A stretch of DNA of 64,000 nucleotides from an uncultured Chloroflexia bacterium (GTDB lineage: Bacteria > Chloroflexota > Limnocylindria > QHBO01): positions 1,922,124-1,986,123 of the forward strand of contig CAWJZO010000001.1 in the NCBI GenBank assembly GCA_963847375.1. Reading direction: 5' to 3'. Under the pieces are notes generated by a model. It saw only the letters and a list, made by a program, of their open reading frames with translations, did no database searches and was not told where the DNA came from. Shown here piece after piece: positions 1 to 10,700 of the stretch. Position numbers and translations under genes: made by a program. Every line of letters starts with the position of its first letter. Positions within the stretch are counted from its first letter, which is position 1.

Positions 1-246
1 GTCGGCGCCGATGACGTGGTTGTCGGCGATCGTCGTGAACCGGAAGTTCGCCGCCAGAGCCGCGCGCAGCGGCGCGGGAAGATCGGTCAGCTCCTGGAAA
101 GAGGAGGCTGAGGACCGATGGGCGCCGCCGAGAATCTGCCCGGCCCGATACGCGGGCTCGCCGCGGGCGTCTAGCCACGCGGCGAGCTGGGTCTGGTCGA
201 TCTCGCTGATCGCCGGTTTGGGGCCGGCGATCGGAACGTCAGTCAC
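1..246 (-). CDS. rlmN: RlmN-like radical SAM rRNA/tRNA methyltransferase, N-terminal fragment (gene runs off the left edge)
   Basis: Minus-strand translation from GTG 246 reads VTDVPIAGPKPAISEIDQTQLAAWLDARGEPAYRAGQILGGAHRSSASSFQELTDLPAPLRAALAANF. This fits the RlmN N-terminal pattern (G-P-YRA-QI ... F-E-T-L-P). It is absent from the ORF track because the window edge truncates it. Confidence 0.55.
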   Translation of the reverse strand, partial: MTDVPIAGPKPAISEIDQTQLAAWLDARGEPAYRAGQILGGAHRSSASSFQELTDLPAPLRAALAANFRFTTIADNHVIGAD

Positions 247-970
247 GGCGCCCGAAGATCAGGAACACGTAGTACAGGAACGTCAGCAGCGCGGTCAGCG
301 CGCCGGCGACGTAGGTCCAGGCTGCGGCCTTCAGGACGGCGCGGGCGCCATCCTGGCGCTCCCCGACCATGCCGCTGCTGTTGACGAACGCCAGCGCCTT
401 GCCCGATGCGCCGATCTCGACCGGCAGCGTGGCGAAGGTGAAGATCACCGCCGCGCCGAAGCCGATGAGGCCGATGATCGCCAGCCCGGTGATCTGGAAG
501 ATCAGGCCGGCGATGACGAGCCACGGCGCGATGCTGGAGCCGAACTGCGCGGCCGGTACGATCGCCTGGCGCAGCTTCATGGCCGGCTCGCCGGCATGAT
601 CCTGCAGCGCGTGGCCGACCTCGTGGGCGATGACGGCGGCGGCCGCGACCGAGAGCCGTGGCGCGGAGCTCGTCACCCCGGAGGTCGTGAGTGCCGAGCC
701 GTCGGCGACTTGCGTGCTCACTCGCAGCACCTTGCCGCGCGGGTCGTAGTGATCGGTCAGCTGGCCGGGCGTCGGCTCGATGCGGACGTCCTGGAGGCCC
801 TGGCGGTCGAGCAGCCTGCGCGCGAAATCGAACGCGTCGAGGCTGATGCCCGAGTCCACCTTGGACCATTTGCCATAGGTTGACTTCACGCGCCACATCG
901 CCCAGCCGGTGATGGCCAGCGTGGGAATGAGGACGACGAAGATGTAGATCGGGTCGAAGAGACCGAACAT
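239..970 (-). CDS. membrane zinc metallopeptidase (YugP/Zn_peptidase_2-like)
   Basis: 243-aa ORF with ATG at 970, an N-terminal TM helix, an HEVGHALQ zinc-binding motif and C-terminal TM helices. Confidence 0.8.
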   Translation of the reverse strand: MFGLFDPIYIFVVLIPTLAITGWAMWRVKSTYGKWSKVDSGISLDAFDFARRLLDRQGLQDVRIEPTPGQLTDHYDPRGKVLRVSTQVADGSALTTSGVTSSAPRLSVAAAAVIAHEVGHALQDHAGEPAMKLRQAIVPAAQFGSSIAPWLVIAGLIFQITGLAIIGLIGFGAAVIFTFATLPVEIGASGKALAFVNSSGMVGERQDGARAVLKAAAWTYVAGALTALLTFLYYVFLIFGRRD

Positions 971-1098
971 GTGTCAGGCCCACCTCCTGCGGGCTCCGAT
1001 CGAGTATATCCGAATCCGGCGGATTCCCCCTCGCGGCCGGCAGCGGCACGAGACGTGCCGTAGCGGTGACTCCACACATGCAATCTTGGGGTGAATCG

Positions 1099-1677
1099 AT
1101 GGGGATCAAGGTTCGAACGAACGACGTCAGACGCGCCGGGGAGCGTGCTCGCTCCCGGATCGCGGATGAGCCATCCGGGCCGGGTTGGCTCGGAGCGCTG
1201 GGGATCGGCATCGTCGCCGGTGCGACCGGTGCGGCCATCGCCTATCTCAGCGACCCGCAGCGCGGCAAGGCACGCCGCGCGCAGCTCGCCGACCAGGGCG
1301 CGGCAGCCGTCCGGCACGCGTCGCGCGAGGCCGAGCGTGCGCTGCACATCGTGACCAGCACGGCGGAGGGAAAGATCGAGGCGCTGACCCAGGGTGGCAG
1401 CCGCGTGGCCGCCACCGACGACGTCACCTTGCGCGACCGCGCCGCGTCCATTCTCTTCCGCGACCCGAAGGTCCCGAAGGGCTCGATCAACATCAGCGCC
1501 GAGCGCGGCACCCTCGTCCTCCGCGGCGAGGTGCCGGACGCGAAGATGCGCGACAAGCTCGGGCGCGAGGCCGAGAAGATCGAGGGCGTCTGGGGCGTAA
1601 ACAACCTCCTCCGCGTGCCGGGAGAGGCTGTCGGCGAGGAGCTCGCGCCCGCTGCGACAGGCGGAGCGACCAGCTAG
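1099..1677 (+). CDS. BON domain-containing protein
   Basis: ORF 1066..1677. ATG 1099 is preferred because a GGGGTG Shine-Dalgarno lies 7 nt upstream. One TM helix (GALGIGIVAGATGAAIAYL) and a C-terminal BON-like block (INISAERGTLVLRGEVPDAKMRDKLGREAEKIEGVWGVNNLL). Confidence 0.7.
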   Translation: MGIKVRTNDVRRAGERARSRIADEPSGPGWLGALGIGIVAGATGAAIAYLSDPQRGKARRAQLADQGAAAVRHASREAERALHIVTSTAEGKIEALTQGGSRVAATDDVTLRDRAASILFRDPKVPKGSINISAERGTLVLRGEVPDAKMRDKLGREAEKIEGVWGVNNLLRVPGEAVGEELAPAATGGATS

Positions 1678-2630
1678 CGGACCGCCTCCTCGGGGCGACC
1701 CGTTCCGAGGAGGATGTGCTCGCGGGCGAGGCCGCGTCGCCAGGCCTCGGCAGGCATCGACGGCCGGCCCTCCGGCTGCACGATCTCGAGCTCGAGCGCA
1801 CCAGCGCCGCAGGCGACGCGCGGCTGCGGGCCGGGCATCAGGGCGCCGATCGGGACGTCGTCGACGCCCGACACCGGCCGTGCCCGCCGGACATGGAGGC
1901 GGCGGTCGTCGATCGTCGTCCACGCCCCGGGCCACGGCTGCAGCGCGCGGACCTGGCGGTCGATCTCGACCGCCGGCCGGCGCCAGTCGATCCAGCCGTC
2001 GGCGCGCGTGAAGGGATGGACGTGCGTCGCCGCCCGATCGTCCTGGGGCTCGGTCTCGATCTCGCCCTCGGCCCACCGCTCGAGGGCCGGCGGAACCACC
2101 TCGGCGGCGAGGTCCGCCAGCCGCGCCTCGAGCTCGGGGGTCGTCTCGCGGCCGGTCAGCGGGACCGGCCAGCGCTCGACGATCGGTCCGGCGTCCAGCT
2201 CCTCGGTCATCACCATCAGCGTCACGCCGCCCTCCGGGTCACCCGCCTGGATCGTGCCGGCCACCGGCGCTGCCCCGCGGTGTCGCGGGAGGAGCGACGG
2301 GTGGACGTTCAGGGGCGCTCGGCGGCCAAGAGCCAGGAGGTGCGGCGGCACGATCTGGCCGTACGCGACGAGGACAAGGCCATCGGGCTCGTAGCGGACG
2401 AGCTCTTCGCGCGCATCGTCCGAACGCAGGCGCGCGGGCGTCACGACGGGAATGCCACGTTCACGCGCGGCGGTGGCGATCGGCGTGGCTCGCAGCTGGA
2501 GCCGGCGGCCGGCCGGCCGATCCGGCTGGCTGACGACGAGCATCTCGTCGGCAAGATCGGCCACGCGTTCGAGCAGCGGTACGCCGAACGCGCCGGTGCC
2601 GAGGAAGGCGATGCGGCCGATGCCCCCCAC
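1674..2630 (-). CDS. fmt: methionyl-tRNA formyltransferase
   Basis: IAFLGTGAFGVP, HPSLLPRHRGAAPV and a C-terminal Fmt domain. GTG start at 2630 overlaps the def stop by 1 nt. The longer track ORF (to 2876) is an Arg-rich extension running into def. Confidence 0.93.
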   Translation of the reverse strand: MGGIGRIAFLGTGAFGVPLLERVADLADEMLVVSQPDRPAGRRLQLRATPIATAARERGIPVVTPARLRSDDAREELVRYEPDGLVLVAYGQIVPPHLLALGRRAPLNVHPSLLPRHRGAAPVAGTIQAGDPEGGVTLMVMTEELDAGPIVERWPVPLTGRETTPELEARLADLAAEVVPPALERWAEGEIETEPQDDRAATHVHPFTRADGWIDWRRPAVEIDRQVRALQPWPGAWTTIDDRRLHVRRARPVSGVDDVPIGALMPGPQPRVACGAGALELEIVQPEGRPSMPAEAWRRGLAREHILLGTGRPEEAVR

Positions 2631-3136
2631 TAGATGCCGGCGGCCGTCTGTTCGGAGACCTCGTCGTGGGCCTCCGAAACGCGCACGAGCTCGGCATCCG
2701 GACCGAGGAGGTCGATGTAGAGGTGTCCGTTCAGGTGGTCGATCTCGTGCTGGAGCGCCCGTGCGAACAGGCCCTCGCCCTTCACCCGGAACTCGCGGCC
2801 GTGGCGATCCTTCGCCTTCACGGTCACCTTCGCGGCGCGCGCCACCTCGGCGACGTACCCCGGGATCGAGAGGCACCCCTCCCAGTCGACCTGCTCACCA
2901 GACGACTTCACGACCTGCGCGTTCACGAGCTCGGTGATGCGACCCTCGATCTCGATGACCGCGACCTGCAGTCCCACGCCGATCTGGTTGGCCGCCAGTC
3001 CAACGCCCGGCGCGTCGCGCATCGTCACCAGCATGTCGTCGAGGAGCCGATGCAGGCCGGCGTCGAAGCTCGGGACGCGCTTCGTTCGCTCACGGAGGAT
3101 CGGCTCGTCGGCGACGAGGATGGGACGGATCGGCAT
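2630..3136 (-). CDS. def: peptide deformylase
   Basis: Motifs GVGLAANQIG, EGCLSIPG and QHEIDHLNG. ATG at 3136 (MPIRPILV), with the upstream part of the track ORF discarded. Confidence 0.95.
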   Translation of the reverse strand: MPIRPILVADEPILRERTKRVPSFDAGLHRLLDDMLVTMRDAPGVGLAANQIGVGLQVAVIEIEGRITELVNAQVVKSSGEQVDWEGCLSIPGYVAEVARAAKVTVKAKDRHGREFRVKGEGLFARALQHEIDHLNGHLYIDLLGPDAELVRVSEAHDEVSEQTAAGI

Positions 3137-3266
3137 GGCGGGCCGAATTGTACCGATGTGGCTGTGGGCCGAGTCACTCGAGGCGGGTTGCGCGCCTGCC
3201 ACCGGATATATCACTACTGATATGACTCGTGACACGCGCCAGATCGAGCCAGCTGGTGGTCGCTGA

Positions 3267-5619
3267 CTAGAGCAGGGACTCCGGGTCGACGTCGATGGCG
3301 ATGCCCTGCGGCACCCGCTCGAGCGCCATGGCCCGCGTCTCGGCATCGGCCGCGCGAATGACGACCTGGAACCGATAGCGCCCGGCGCGGCGCGCGACGT
3401 AGGCCGGCAGGGGTCCCATCACCTCGACGCCCGGCGCCGCGACCACTGCGGCGGCATCGCGCCCGCGGGCCTCGGCACGCGCCCGATCCGGGTCCCCGAT
3501 CAGCAGCCGCGCCAGCACGCCGAACGGCGGATAGCCCAGCAGCCGGCGGCGCAGCAGCTCGTCGTCCGCGAAGCCGTCGACGTCGAGGCTCGCCGCGGCC
3601 CGCACGGCGTGGTGCCCTGGCGCGTAGGCCTGGATGATCACCCGCCCCGGCATCGGTCCGCGTCCTGCCCGGCCCGCGACCTGTGCCAGCAGCTGGAAGG
3701 TCCGCTCGCTGGCGCGGTAGTCGGGCAGGTTGAGGGTCACATCGGCCGCGACGACGGCTGCCAGCGTGACCGAGGACTGGTCGAGGCCTTTGGCTGCGAG
3801 CTGCGTGCCGACGAGCACATCGGTGCGGCCGTCGCGGAAGTCGTCGTACACCGCCTCGAACCCGCGGCGCGCAGCGAGCGCGTCGGAGTCGAGCCGGGCG
3901 ACTCGCAGTCCGGGGAACCCCGCCAGCAGCTCGGCCTCGACCCGCTGCGTGCCCGCGCCGAAGTAGCGGATGCGGCCGCTCCCGCATGCCGGGCACTTCT
4001 CGGCCGGCGCGGCGCTGCGTCCGCAGTGATGACAGCGCAATGAGCCCCCGGCGAGGTGGTAGACGAACGGCAGGTCGCAGTCCGGGCAGCGCAGGCTCTC
4101 GCCGCAGTCGCGGCACAGGATGAACGTGGCGGCGCCGCGCCGGTTGATGATGACGACGGCCTGCTCCGAACCGCGCCGCAGCGTCCCGAGCGCGTCGGCG
4201 AGCTCGGACGAGAAGATCGACCGATTCCCGCCCGCCAGCTCCGCCCGCAGGTCGACGACCGAGATCTCCGGCACGCCCCCGACCCGCCGCTCCGCAAGCC
4301 TCGCCCGTTCCGCATGCCCGCCGCGCACCCTGGCCAGGGTCACCAGGTCCGGCGTCGCCGTTCCGAGGACCAGTCGCCCGCCGGCCATCTCAGCCCGCCG
4401 CCGGGCGACCCAGCGCGCGTCGTAGCGTGGCGTGCGGTCGGACTTGTACCCGCCGTCGTGCTCCTCGTCGACCACGATGAGTCCGGGGTCGAGCGGTGCG
4501 AAGACCGCTGTCCGGGTGCCGATCACGACGCGAGCCTCGCCGCGCAGGATCCGCCACCACTCGTCGTGACGCTCCCCCGCCGAGAGGCCCGAGTGCAGCA
4601 CGGCGAGCTCGTCGCCGACGACGGCACGCAGCCGGTCGGCGATCTGCGGGATGAGGCTGACCTCCGGGACGAGGACGATCGCGCCCCGGCCCGCGTCCAG
4701 AGCCTCCTGCACGGCTGCGATGTAGACATCGGTCTTGCCCGATGCGGCCACGCCCTCGAGGAGAAGCTCCCCACGCGGAGCCTGCGCACCGATCGCGTCG
4801 AGCGCGGCGCGCTGCTCCGCTGCCAGCTCGTTGCGCAGCAGTGGCAGCGGAGCCCGATGCGCCAGCGGGTCACGCTCGACGGTCCGCCACCCGAGCTCGA
4901 CCCGTCCGGTCGTCTCGAGGCGGCGGGCGGGCGCCAGGAGCGCCGACGGCTCCATCCCGAGCACCTCGGCCAGCTCGGGAATCGTCCGCTCCCCGTCGCG
5001 CAGCGCCTCCAGGATCGCCCGTTGGACCGGAGCGCGCCGCGGCGGCTCGGCGTCCGACGGCAGCGAGTGGATGACCCGCACCCGTCGCGCCGAGACGTCC
5101 GGCGGACGGAGGGACCATTCGGCGCGGATGGCGCCTGATCGGCGCAGCCCCTCGACCCACGCCTCGCGTCCCCGCCGCGGCGCGTGGCGCTGGAGGCTGG
5201 TGTCGCCGATCCGGCCTTCCGCGTCGACCAGCGGCCGGAGCTCGTCCGGGAGCCCATCGGTCAGCTCGACCACCCAGCGGCGCACGAGGCGCGACTCGAG
5301 GCCCGGCGGGAGCATCGCGGCCAGGGTGGTGCCGATCGGCGCGCGGTAGTAAGCCGCGATCTCCTCAGCCAGCGCGAGCAGGTCCGGCGTCAGCATCGGA
5401 GCCGAGACGACGGCCTCGACGGCCTTCAGGCCGTCCGAGGCCTCCGCGTCGCCGGGTAGCAGGTAGCCGAGTGCGAGGCGCCGACCGTACGGAACGAGGA
5501 GAAGGGCGCCGGGAGCCGGGTCGCCGAGCTGCGGCCGGCAGGAGGTAGCTGAAGGTCCGCTCGGGCCGGTCGGCGACGGCCTCAACCGCGACCCGCACCG
5601 GTCGAGGGCTCTGGGTCAC
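3267..5619 (-). CDS. priA: primosomal replication protein N' (PriA helicase), with the first ~28 codons in a different frame (apparent 1-nt insertion near 5531-5541)
   Basis: Walker A GVAASGKTDVY, DEEHD box, a Cys4 zinc-finger region (CRDCGESLRCPDCDLPFVYH...CHHCG...CPACGS) and helicase C motifs. The longest uninterrupted ORF is 3267..5585 (TTG start). The canonical N-terminus VRVAVEAVADRPERTFSYLLP lies in ORF 5365..5619. Confidence 0.9.
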
Positions 5620-5628
5620 CGGGCGCGC

Positions 5629-6228
5629 CTAGACGCGCGGACGGCGAGGAGGATCGCGGCGGGCCTCGACCTGGATGATCTCCCAGATGCGCTCGGCGGC
5701 CTCCTCCGGATGGCCGGTCTCATTGACGACGACGTCGTCGTACTCGTCGGCCTGCGCGATCCAGCGCTCGGCGTCGACCCGGCGACGCTCGAGGCTCGCC
5801 TCCGACTCGGAGCCGCGCTCCTCGAGCCGGCGGGTCAGGTCCTCCATCGACGGTGGCATGACGAAGATGAGGAGCGCGTCGGGGACGAGGCGGCGGACGG
5901 TGCGTGCGCCCTCCGGGCTGATCGTCAGGATCGCGTCACGGCCGGCGGCGAGGATGCCGCGCACCTGGTCGACCGGCGTCCCGTACCACTCCCCGTGGTT
6001 GTTGGCGTGCTCGAGGAGGCCGTCGTTGTCGCGCAGGTCGGCGAACTCGCTCTCGCTCAGGAAGTGATAGTGGACGCCGTCGATCTCGCCGTTGCGTTGC
6101 GCGCGCGTCGTGGCAGTCACGATCGGGACGACCTGCGGACGGCGTCGCGCGAGCTCGGCGACGATCGTGCTCTTCCCCACCCCCGACGGGCCGCTGACCA
6201 CGACCAGCATCGGGTTCGGGAACGTCAT
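5629..6228 (-). CDS. gmk: guanylate kinase
   Basis: P-loop SGPSGVGKST, TTRAQRNGEIDGVHYHF and EWYGT. ATG at 6228 (MTFPNPMLVVV). Confidence 0.93.
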   Translation of the reverse strand: MTFPNPMLVVVSGPSGVGKSTIVAELARRRPQVVPIVTATTRAQRNGEIDGVHYHFLSESEFADLRDNDGLLEHANNHGEWYGTPVDQVRGILAAGRDAILTISPEGARTVRRLVPDALLIFVMPPSMEDLTRRLEERGSESEASLERRRVDAERWIAQADEYDDVVVNETGHPEEAAERIWEIIQVEARRDPPRRPRV

Positions 6229-6242
6229 GCGCTTGTCGTCGG

Positions 6243-7211
6243 TCAAGCCGCCACCTCCGCGCCAACGCCCTCGGGCAGGCGTCCGGCACCGACCGTGACC
6301 CCGGCGGCCTCCAGGCAGGCCGCGAGGTCCGGCGGCAACGCGCTCCACGCCCGCAGCGACGCCCCGTCCGACGGGCGCTCGAGACCCAGCCGCGCCGCGT
6401 GCAGGAATTGCCGGCGCAGGCCCCCTGGGCCCTCGCCGCCGCCGTAGCGCACGTCGCCGGCGATCGGGAGGCCGAGATAGGCGAGGTGCGCCCGGATCTG
6501 GTGCGTCCGCCCGGTGCGCGGGTGGAGCGCGAGCAACGCATAGCCGCCGCCGGTCGCGAGGTGCTCGTAGTCGGTGACCGATGCGCGCCCGCCCGCGGTG
6601 ACCGCCATCCGCTGGCGATCGCGCGGGTCGCGGCCGATCGGCGCCTCGACGCGACCTCGAGATGCCGGTGCCTCCCCGCGGACCAGGGCGAGGTACTCCT
6701 TCTCGACGCTGCGCTCGCCGAACTGGCGCATGAGGCTGGTCTGCGCCGCGTCGGTCTTGGCGACCACGATCAGCCCGCTCGTCTCCTTGTCGAGCCGGTG
6801 CACGATCCCCGGTCGCCCGACGCCGGCAATCGAGCCAAGTGGCTCGCCGCGATCGCGGGCTCGACCGAGCAGCGCGTTGACGAGGGTGCCGCTGCCGTGC
6901 CCGGCGGAGGGGTGGACGACGAGGCCCGCTGGCTTGTCGACGATGAGCATGTCGTCGTCTTCGTAGGCGATGACGAGCGGAATCGACTCCGCCACCAGCG
7001 AGTCGTCGGGCGGGGCGCTGAGCACCACGCTGATCCGCTCTCCCCCTGCGAGCCGGTCGCTCGAGCGGCGCTGACCACCGTCCACCAGCGCCCGTCCGTC
7101 ACCGATGAGCCGCTGGGCGTGCGCGCGGCTGATGCCGGCCACGGCGGCGACGGCGAGATCGACGCGGCCGGCCGGCGCGACGCCATCGACCGTGCGATCC
7201 GCCACCGTCAC
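6243..7211 (-). CDS. rluD: RluA-family 23S rRNA pseudouridine synthase (RluD-like)
   Basis: N-terminal S4-like domain, the catalytic HRLDKETSGL motif and GRTHQIRAHL. GTG 7211 overlaps the lspA stop (GTGA). Confidence 0.9.
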   Translation of the reverse strand: MTVADRTVDGVAPAGRVDLAVAAVAGISRAHAQRLIGDGRALVDGGQRRSSDRLAGGERISVVLSAPPDDSLVAESIPLVIAYEDDDMLIVDKPAGLVVHPSAGHGSGTLVNALLGRARDRGEPLGSIAGVGRPGIVHRLDKETSGLIVVAKTDAAQTSLMRQFGERSVEKEYLALVRGEAPASRGRVEAPIGRDPRDRQRMAVTAGGRASVTDYEHLATGGGYALLALHPRTGRTHQIRAHLAYLGLPIAGDVRYGGGEGPGGLRRQFLHAARLGLERPSDGASLRAWSALPPDLAACLEAAGVTVGAGRLPEGVGAEVAA

Positions 7212-7723
7212 GCGGCCGGCTCGTCCTGGCGGCGCCGGCCGTCGGCGAAGGTGAGGTAGGCCACCAGCAGGAAGATCCCGACCACGACCGCCGAGTCGGC
7301 GACGTTGAACGTCGGGAAGCGCCACTCGCCGATGCCGACGCTGATGAAGTCAACGACGTAGCCGAGGCGAAGCCGATCGGTCAGGTTGCCGAGCGTGCCC
7401 GCGAGGACCGTGCCGAGCACGATGTGAATCGCCGGGCCGCGATCGCGGAAGGAGCGGAAGAAGTAGCCGATCATCACCAGCGCGAGTACGGTGACCGGCA
7501 CGAACAGCCAGAATGCGCCCGGAAAGAGGCTGAACGCCGCGCCGGTGTTCCGGACGTACCAGATGCGCACGAAGTCGCCGAGGACGTTGAACGATTCCCC
7601 CGGCTCAAGAGCCATGACGACGAGCGCTTTCGAGACCTGGTCGGCGACGTAGAGCACCAGCGCCGTGCCCGCCAGTACGAGCGCGGCTCTCAGCGACCCG
7701 TCGCGTTCCCTACCGGCCTCCAC
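7208..7723 (-). CDS. lspA: lipoprotein signal peptidase II
   Basis: 171 aa with four TM segments and the motifs NTGAAFS and FNVADSAV. GTG start at 7723. Confidence 0.9.
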   Translation of the reverse strand: MEAGRERDGSLRAALVLAGTALVLYVADQVSKALVVMALEPGESFNVLGDFVRIWYVRNTGAAFSLFPGAFWLFVPVTVLALVMIGYFFRSFRDRGPAIHIVLGTVLAGTLGNLTDRLRLGYVVDFISVGIGEWRFPTFNVADSAVVVGIFLLVAYLTFADGRRRQDEPAA

Positions 7724-7748
7724 GACCCCACTCTACCGGACAGCACGG

Positions 7749-10700
7749 TCAGGCGCGGGCGACCGCAAGCTCGAGGCGGACGCCATCCAGCGTCACGGAC
7801 TCGCGCTGGTCCGCGTCGGCCATGCCCGCGCCCGGTGCGAGCTCGAGCTCGACGGCGAGTAGCTCGTCGGCCAGCCAGTCGCGATGCGCGGCCAGCCGCT
7901 CGACCGCCGTCGAGTCGCCGCCGATCGTCACACGCACACGATCGCTGATCTCGAAGCCGCCGCTGCGGCGCATCGCCTGGAGCCGGTGCGCAACCTCGCG
8001 CGCCAGGCCCTCGGCCTCGAGCTCGGGGTCAAGGGTCGTGTCGAGCGCGACGAGCAGGTCCCCTTCCTCGGCGACTTCGTGGCCCGGCCGCGCCCGCGCC
8101 GTGAGCTCGAACTCGTCTGGCTGGAGGATGACGCCGCCGACCTCGACGGTTCCGTCCTCGCGCAGCTGCCACTCCCCCGCTCTTGCGCCGGCCATGATCG
8201 CGCCGACCGCGCTTGCCGTGCCGCGGGCCGACGATCGGCAGCAGGGGGTAGAGGCTTCGCTCGACCATCTCCGACTCGTCTCCGATGAGCTCGAACCCGC
8301 GGACGTTCAGCTCGTCGAGCACCTCGGCTTTCAACGCCTCGGCCGCGGCGAGGTCGGACGCCATGGTCTTCGTTGCCGATGCCGGCAGCTTCACCCGCAC
8401 CGCGCGCAAAGGCTGGCGCGTCCCGATCCCGGACGCCGCCCGCGCCGCCCGCCCGAGCGCCACCGTCCGGCGCGCCAGGTCGACTGTGGCCTCGAGCTCC
8501 GGCAGCTGACCGCCCCGCGACGCGCTCCGGCATGTCGGTCAGGTGGACGCTGTCCGGCTGCGAGGCATCCACCGCGACGACCAGGTTCTCCCAGATCTCG
8601 TCGGTGAGGTGCGGCGTGATCGGCGCCATCAGGCGCATGAGCATGGTGAGCACCTCGTGCAGCGTGGCGTGGGCGGCGCGCTTGTCGGCGTCGAGCTCGC
8701 CCTTCCAGAAGCGGCGACGATTACGGCGCACGTACCAGTTCGACATCTCGTCGACGAAGCCCTCGATCGCCCGGGCGGCGCGGGCTGCATCGTAGACGTC
8801 GAGCGCAGCGCGGACCTCGCCGACCAGCCCGTCGAGACGGGAGAGGATCCATCGGTCGAGAATCGTCCGCGCTCCTTCGACGCCATCGGTCTGGTCTGGG
8901 GTCCATCGGTCGAGGCTGGCGTAGGTGACGAAGAAGCCGTACGTGTTCCACAGCGGCAGGAAGAAGCGCCGGACCACCTCGTGGGCCGGTCCGTACCCGA
9001 AGTTCAGGTTCGTCGACGGGTTCGTGGCGGCGAACAACCAGCGCATGACGTCGGCGCCGATCTGCTCGGCGGCGTCGTCGAACCAGATCGCGTTGCCCTT
9101 GCTCTTGTGCATCTCCTCGCCGTGCTCGTCACGCATGAGCGCATAGGCGAAGAGCGTCTTGAACGGTGCGCGGCCGGTCATCACCGTCGACATTGTCAGC
9201 AGGGCGTAGAACCAGTTGCGGAACTGGCCGGGAAAGGACTCGCTGACCCAGTCGGCCGGATACCATTTCCCCCACGCCTCGCGGTCCGAGTTCCAGCCAA
9301 GCGTGGAGAGGCCGACGATTCCGGCATCGAGCCACGGGTTGCCGACGTCGGTCGTCCGCTTCGCGCGCCCGCCGCAGGACGAGCAATCGATCTCGACGTT
9401 GTCGATCCAGGGCCGATGCGGGCTATGGCCGTCGAAGGCGTCCCAGCCGGCCACCGCGCGCTGGCGAAGCTCGTCCTTCGAGCCGATGACCTCCCAGGCG
9501 TCGCAGTCGGTGCACTCCCAGATCGGCAGGGCGAGGCCGTAATAGCGCTTCTTGCTGATCATCCAGTCGCTCATGTTCCGCAGCCAGTCGAGCTCGCGCT
9601 CCTCGAGGCCGATGCCGGGCGGCAGCCAGGTGACCTCGCGCGTTGCGTTGCTCACCGGCTCGCGCAGCGGGTCCATCGCGATGAACCACTCGTCGACGAG
9701 ACGGAAGATCAGCTGGGTCCCGCAGCGCCAGCAGTGCGGGTAGGAGTGCGTGAAGCGCTCGGTCGCGACGACCAGCCCCTTGCCCCCCAGGTCTGCGACC
9801 ACGTCACGCGCGAGGTCCTGCGACGGGTCCTCTGTGGCGCCGGCAGCGCGGCCGGTCTGCCATCCGAAGCCCTCGGCGAAGACGCCGAACTCGTCGACCG
9901 GGTCGAGGACCGGCAGGTCGAAGGCCCTGGACAGGGCGAAGTCCTCCTGCCCGCAACCCGGCGCGATGTGGACGATGCCGGTGCCTTCTGCATCGTCGAC
10001 CTCGCTCCATGGGATGACTCGATGGGTGACCTCGGCGGCCGCGGGGAGTTCGTCGAACGGCCCGGCGTAGGTCAGGTCGACCAGCTCGCCGCCCTTGGCC
10101 TCGCGCAGGACCGCGGCATGACCCGCGACGCGCTGCTTCGAGCCGGCGCTCACCCACCACTGTCTTCCTTCGTGGCCCTCGACGAGCTGGTATGCCAGGT
10201 CGGGATGGACCGCGGCGGCGACGTTGCTCGAGAGCGTCCACGGCGTCGTGGTCCATACGAGCAGGTCCTCGGCCTCGTGCCCAGGGGTCGTGACCGGCAG
10301 TCGCAGCGTGACCGACAGGTGGGCGACGTGCTTGTATCCCTCCGCCGCCTCCATGTTGCTGATGCCCGTCCCGCAGCGCGGGCACCAGGTCATGACGTCG
10401 TGACCGCGGTAGAGGAGGCCGCGCCGCTGGCACTCGGCCAGGAGGGCCCAGATCGTGTAGTTGTTCTCGTCCGAGTTCGTGTAGTAGCTGTGGTCCCAGT
10501 CCATCCACATCCCGAGTCGCCTGCTCTGCTCGGTGATGAGTGCGGCGAATCGGTCGACGCGCTGCTTGCACAGCTCGACGAAGCGGTCGATCCCGAACGA
10601 CTCGATCTGGCGCTTGTTGTTGAAGCCGAGCTCCTTCTCGACCTCGACTTCGATCCAGAGGCCCTGGCAGTCGAACCCGTTCTGGTACCGCTGCCGTTCG

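Noticed and set aside
8200-8525. Programmed ribosomal frameshifting as an explanation for the ileS (and priA) frame breaks
   Set aside because: There is no slippery heptamer, no in-frame stop at the shift site as in prfB, and no obvious stimulatory pseudoknot. One site is a C4/G4 homopolymer, which is typical of indel errors.
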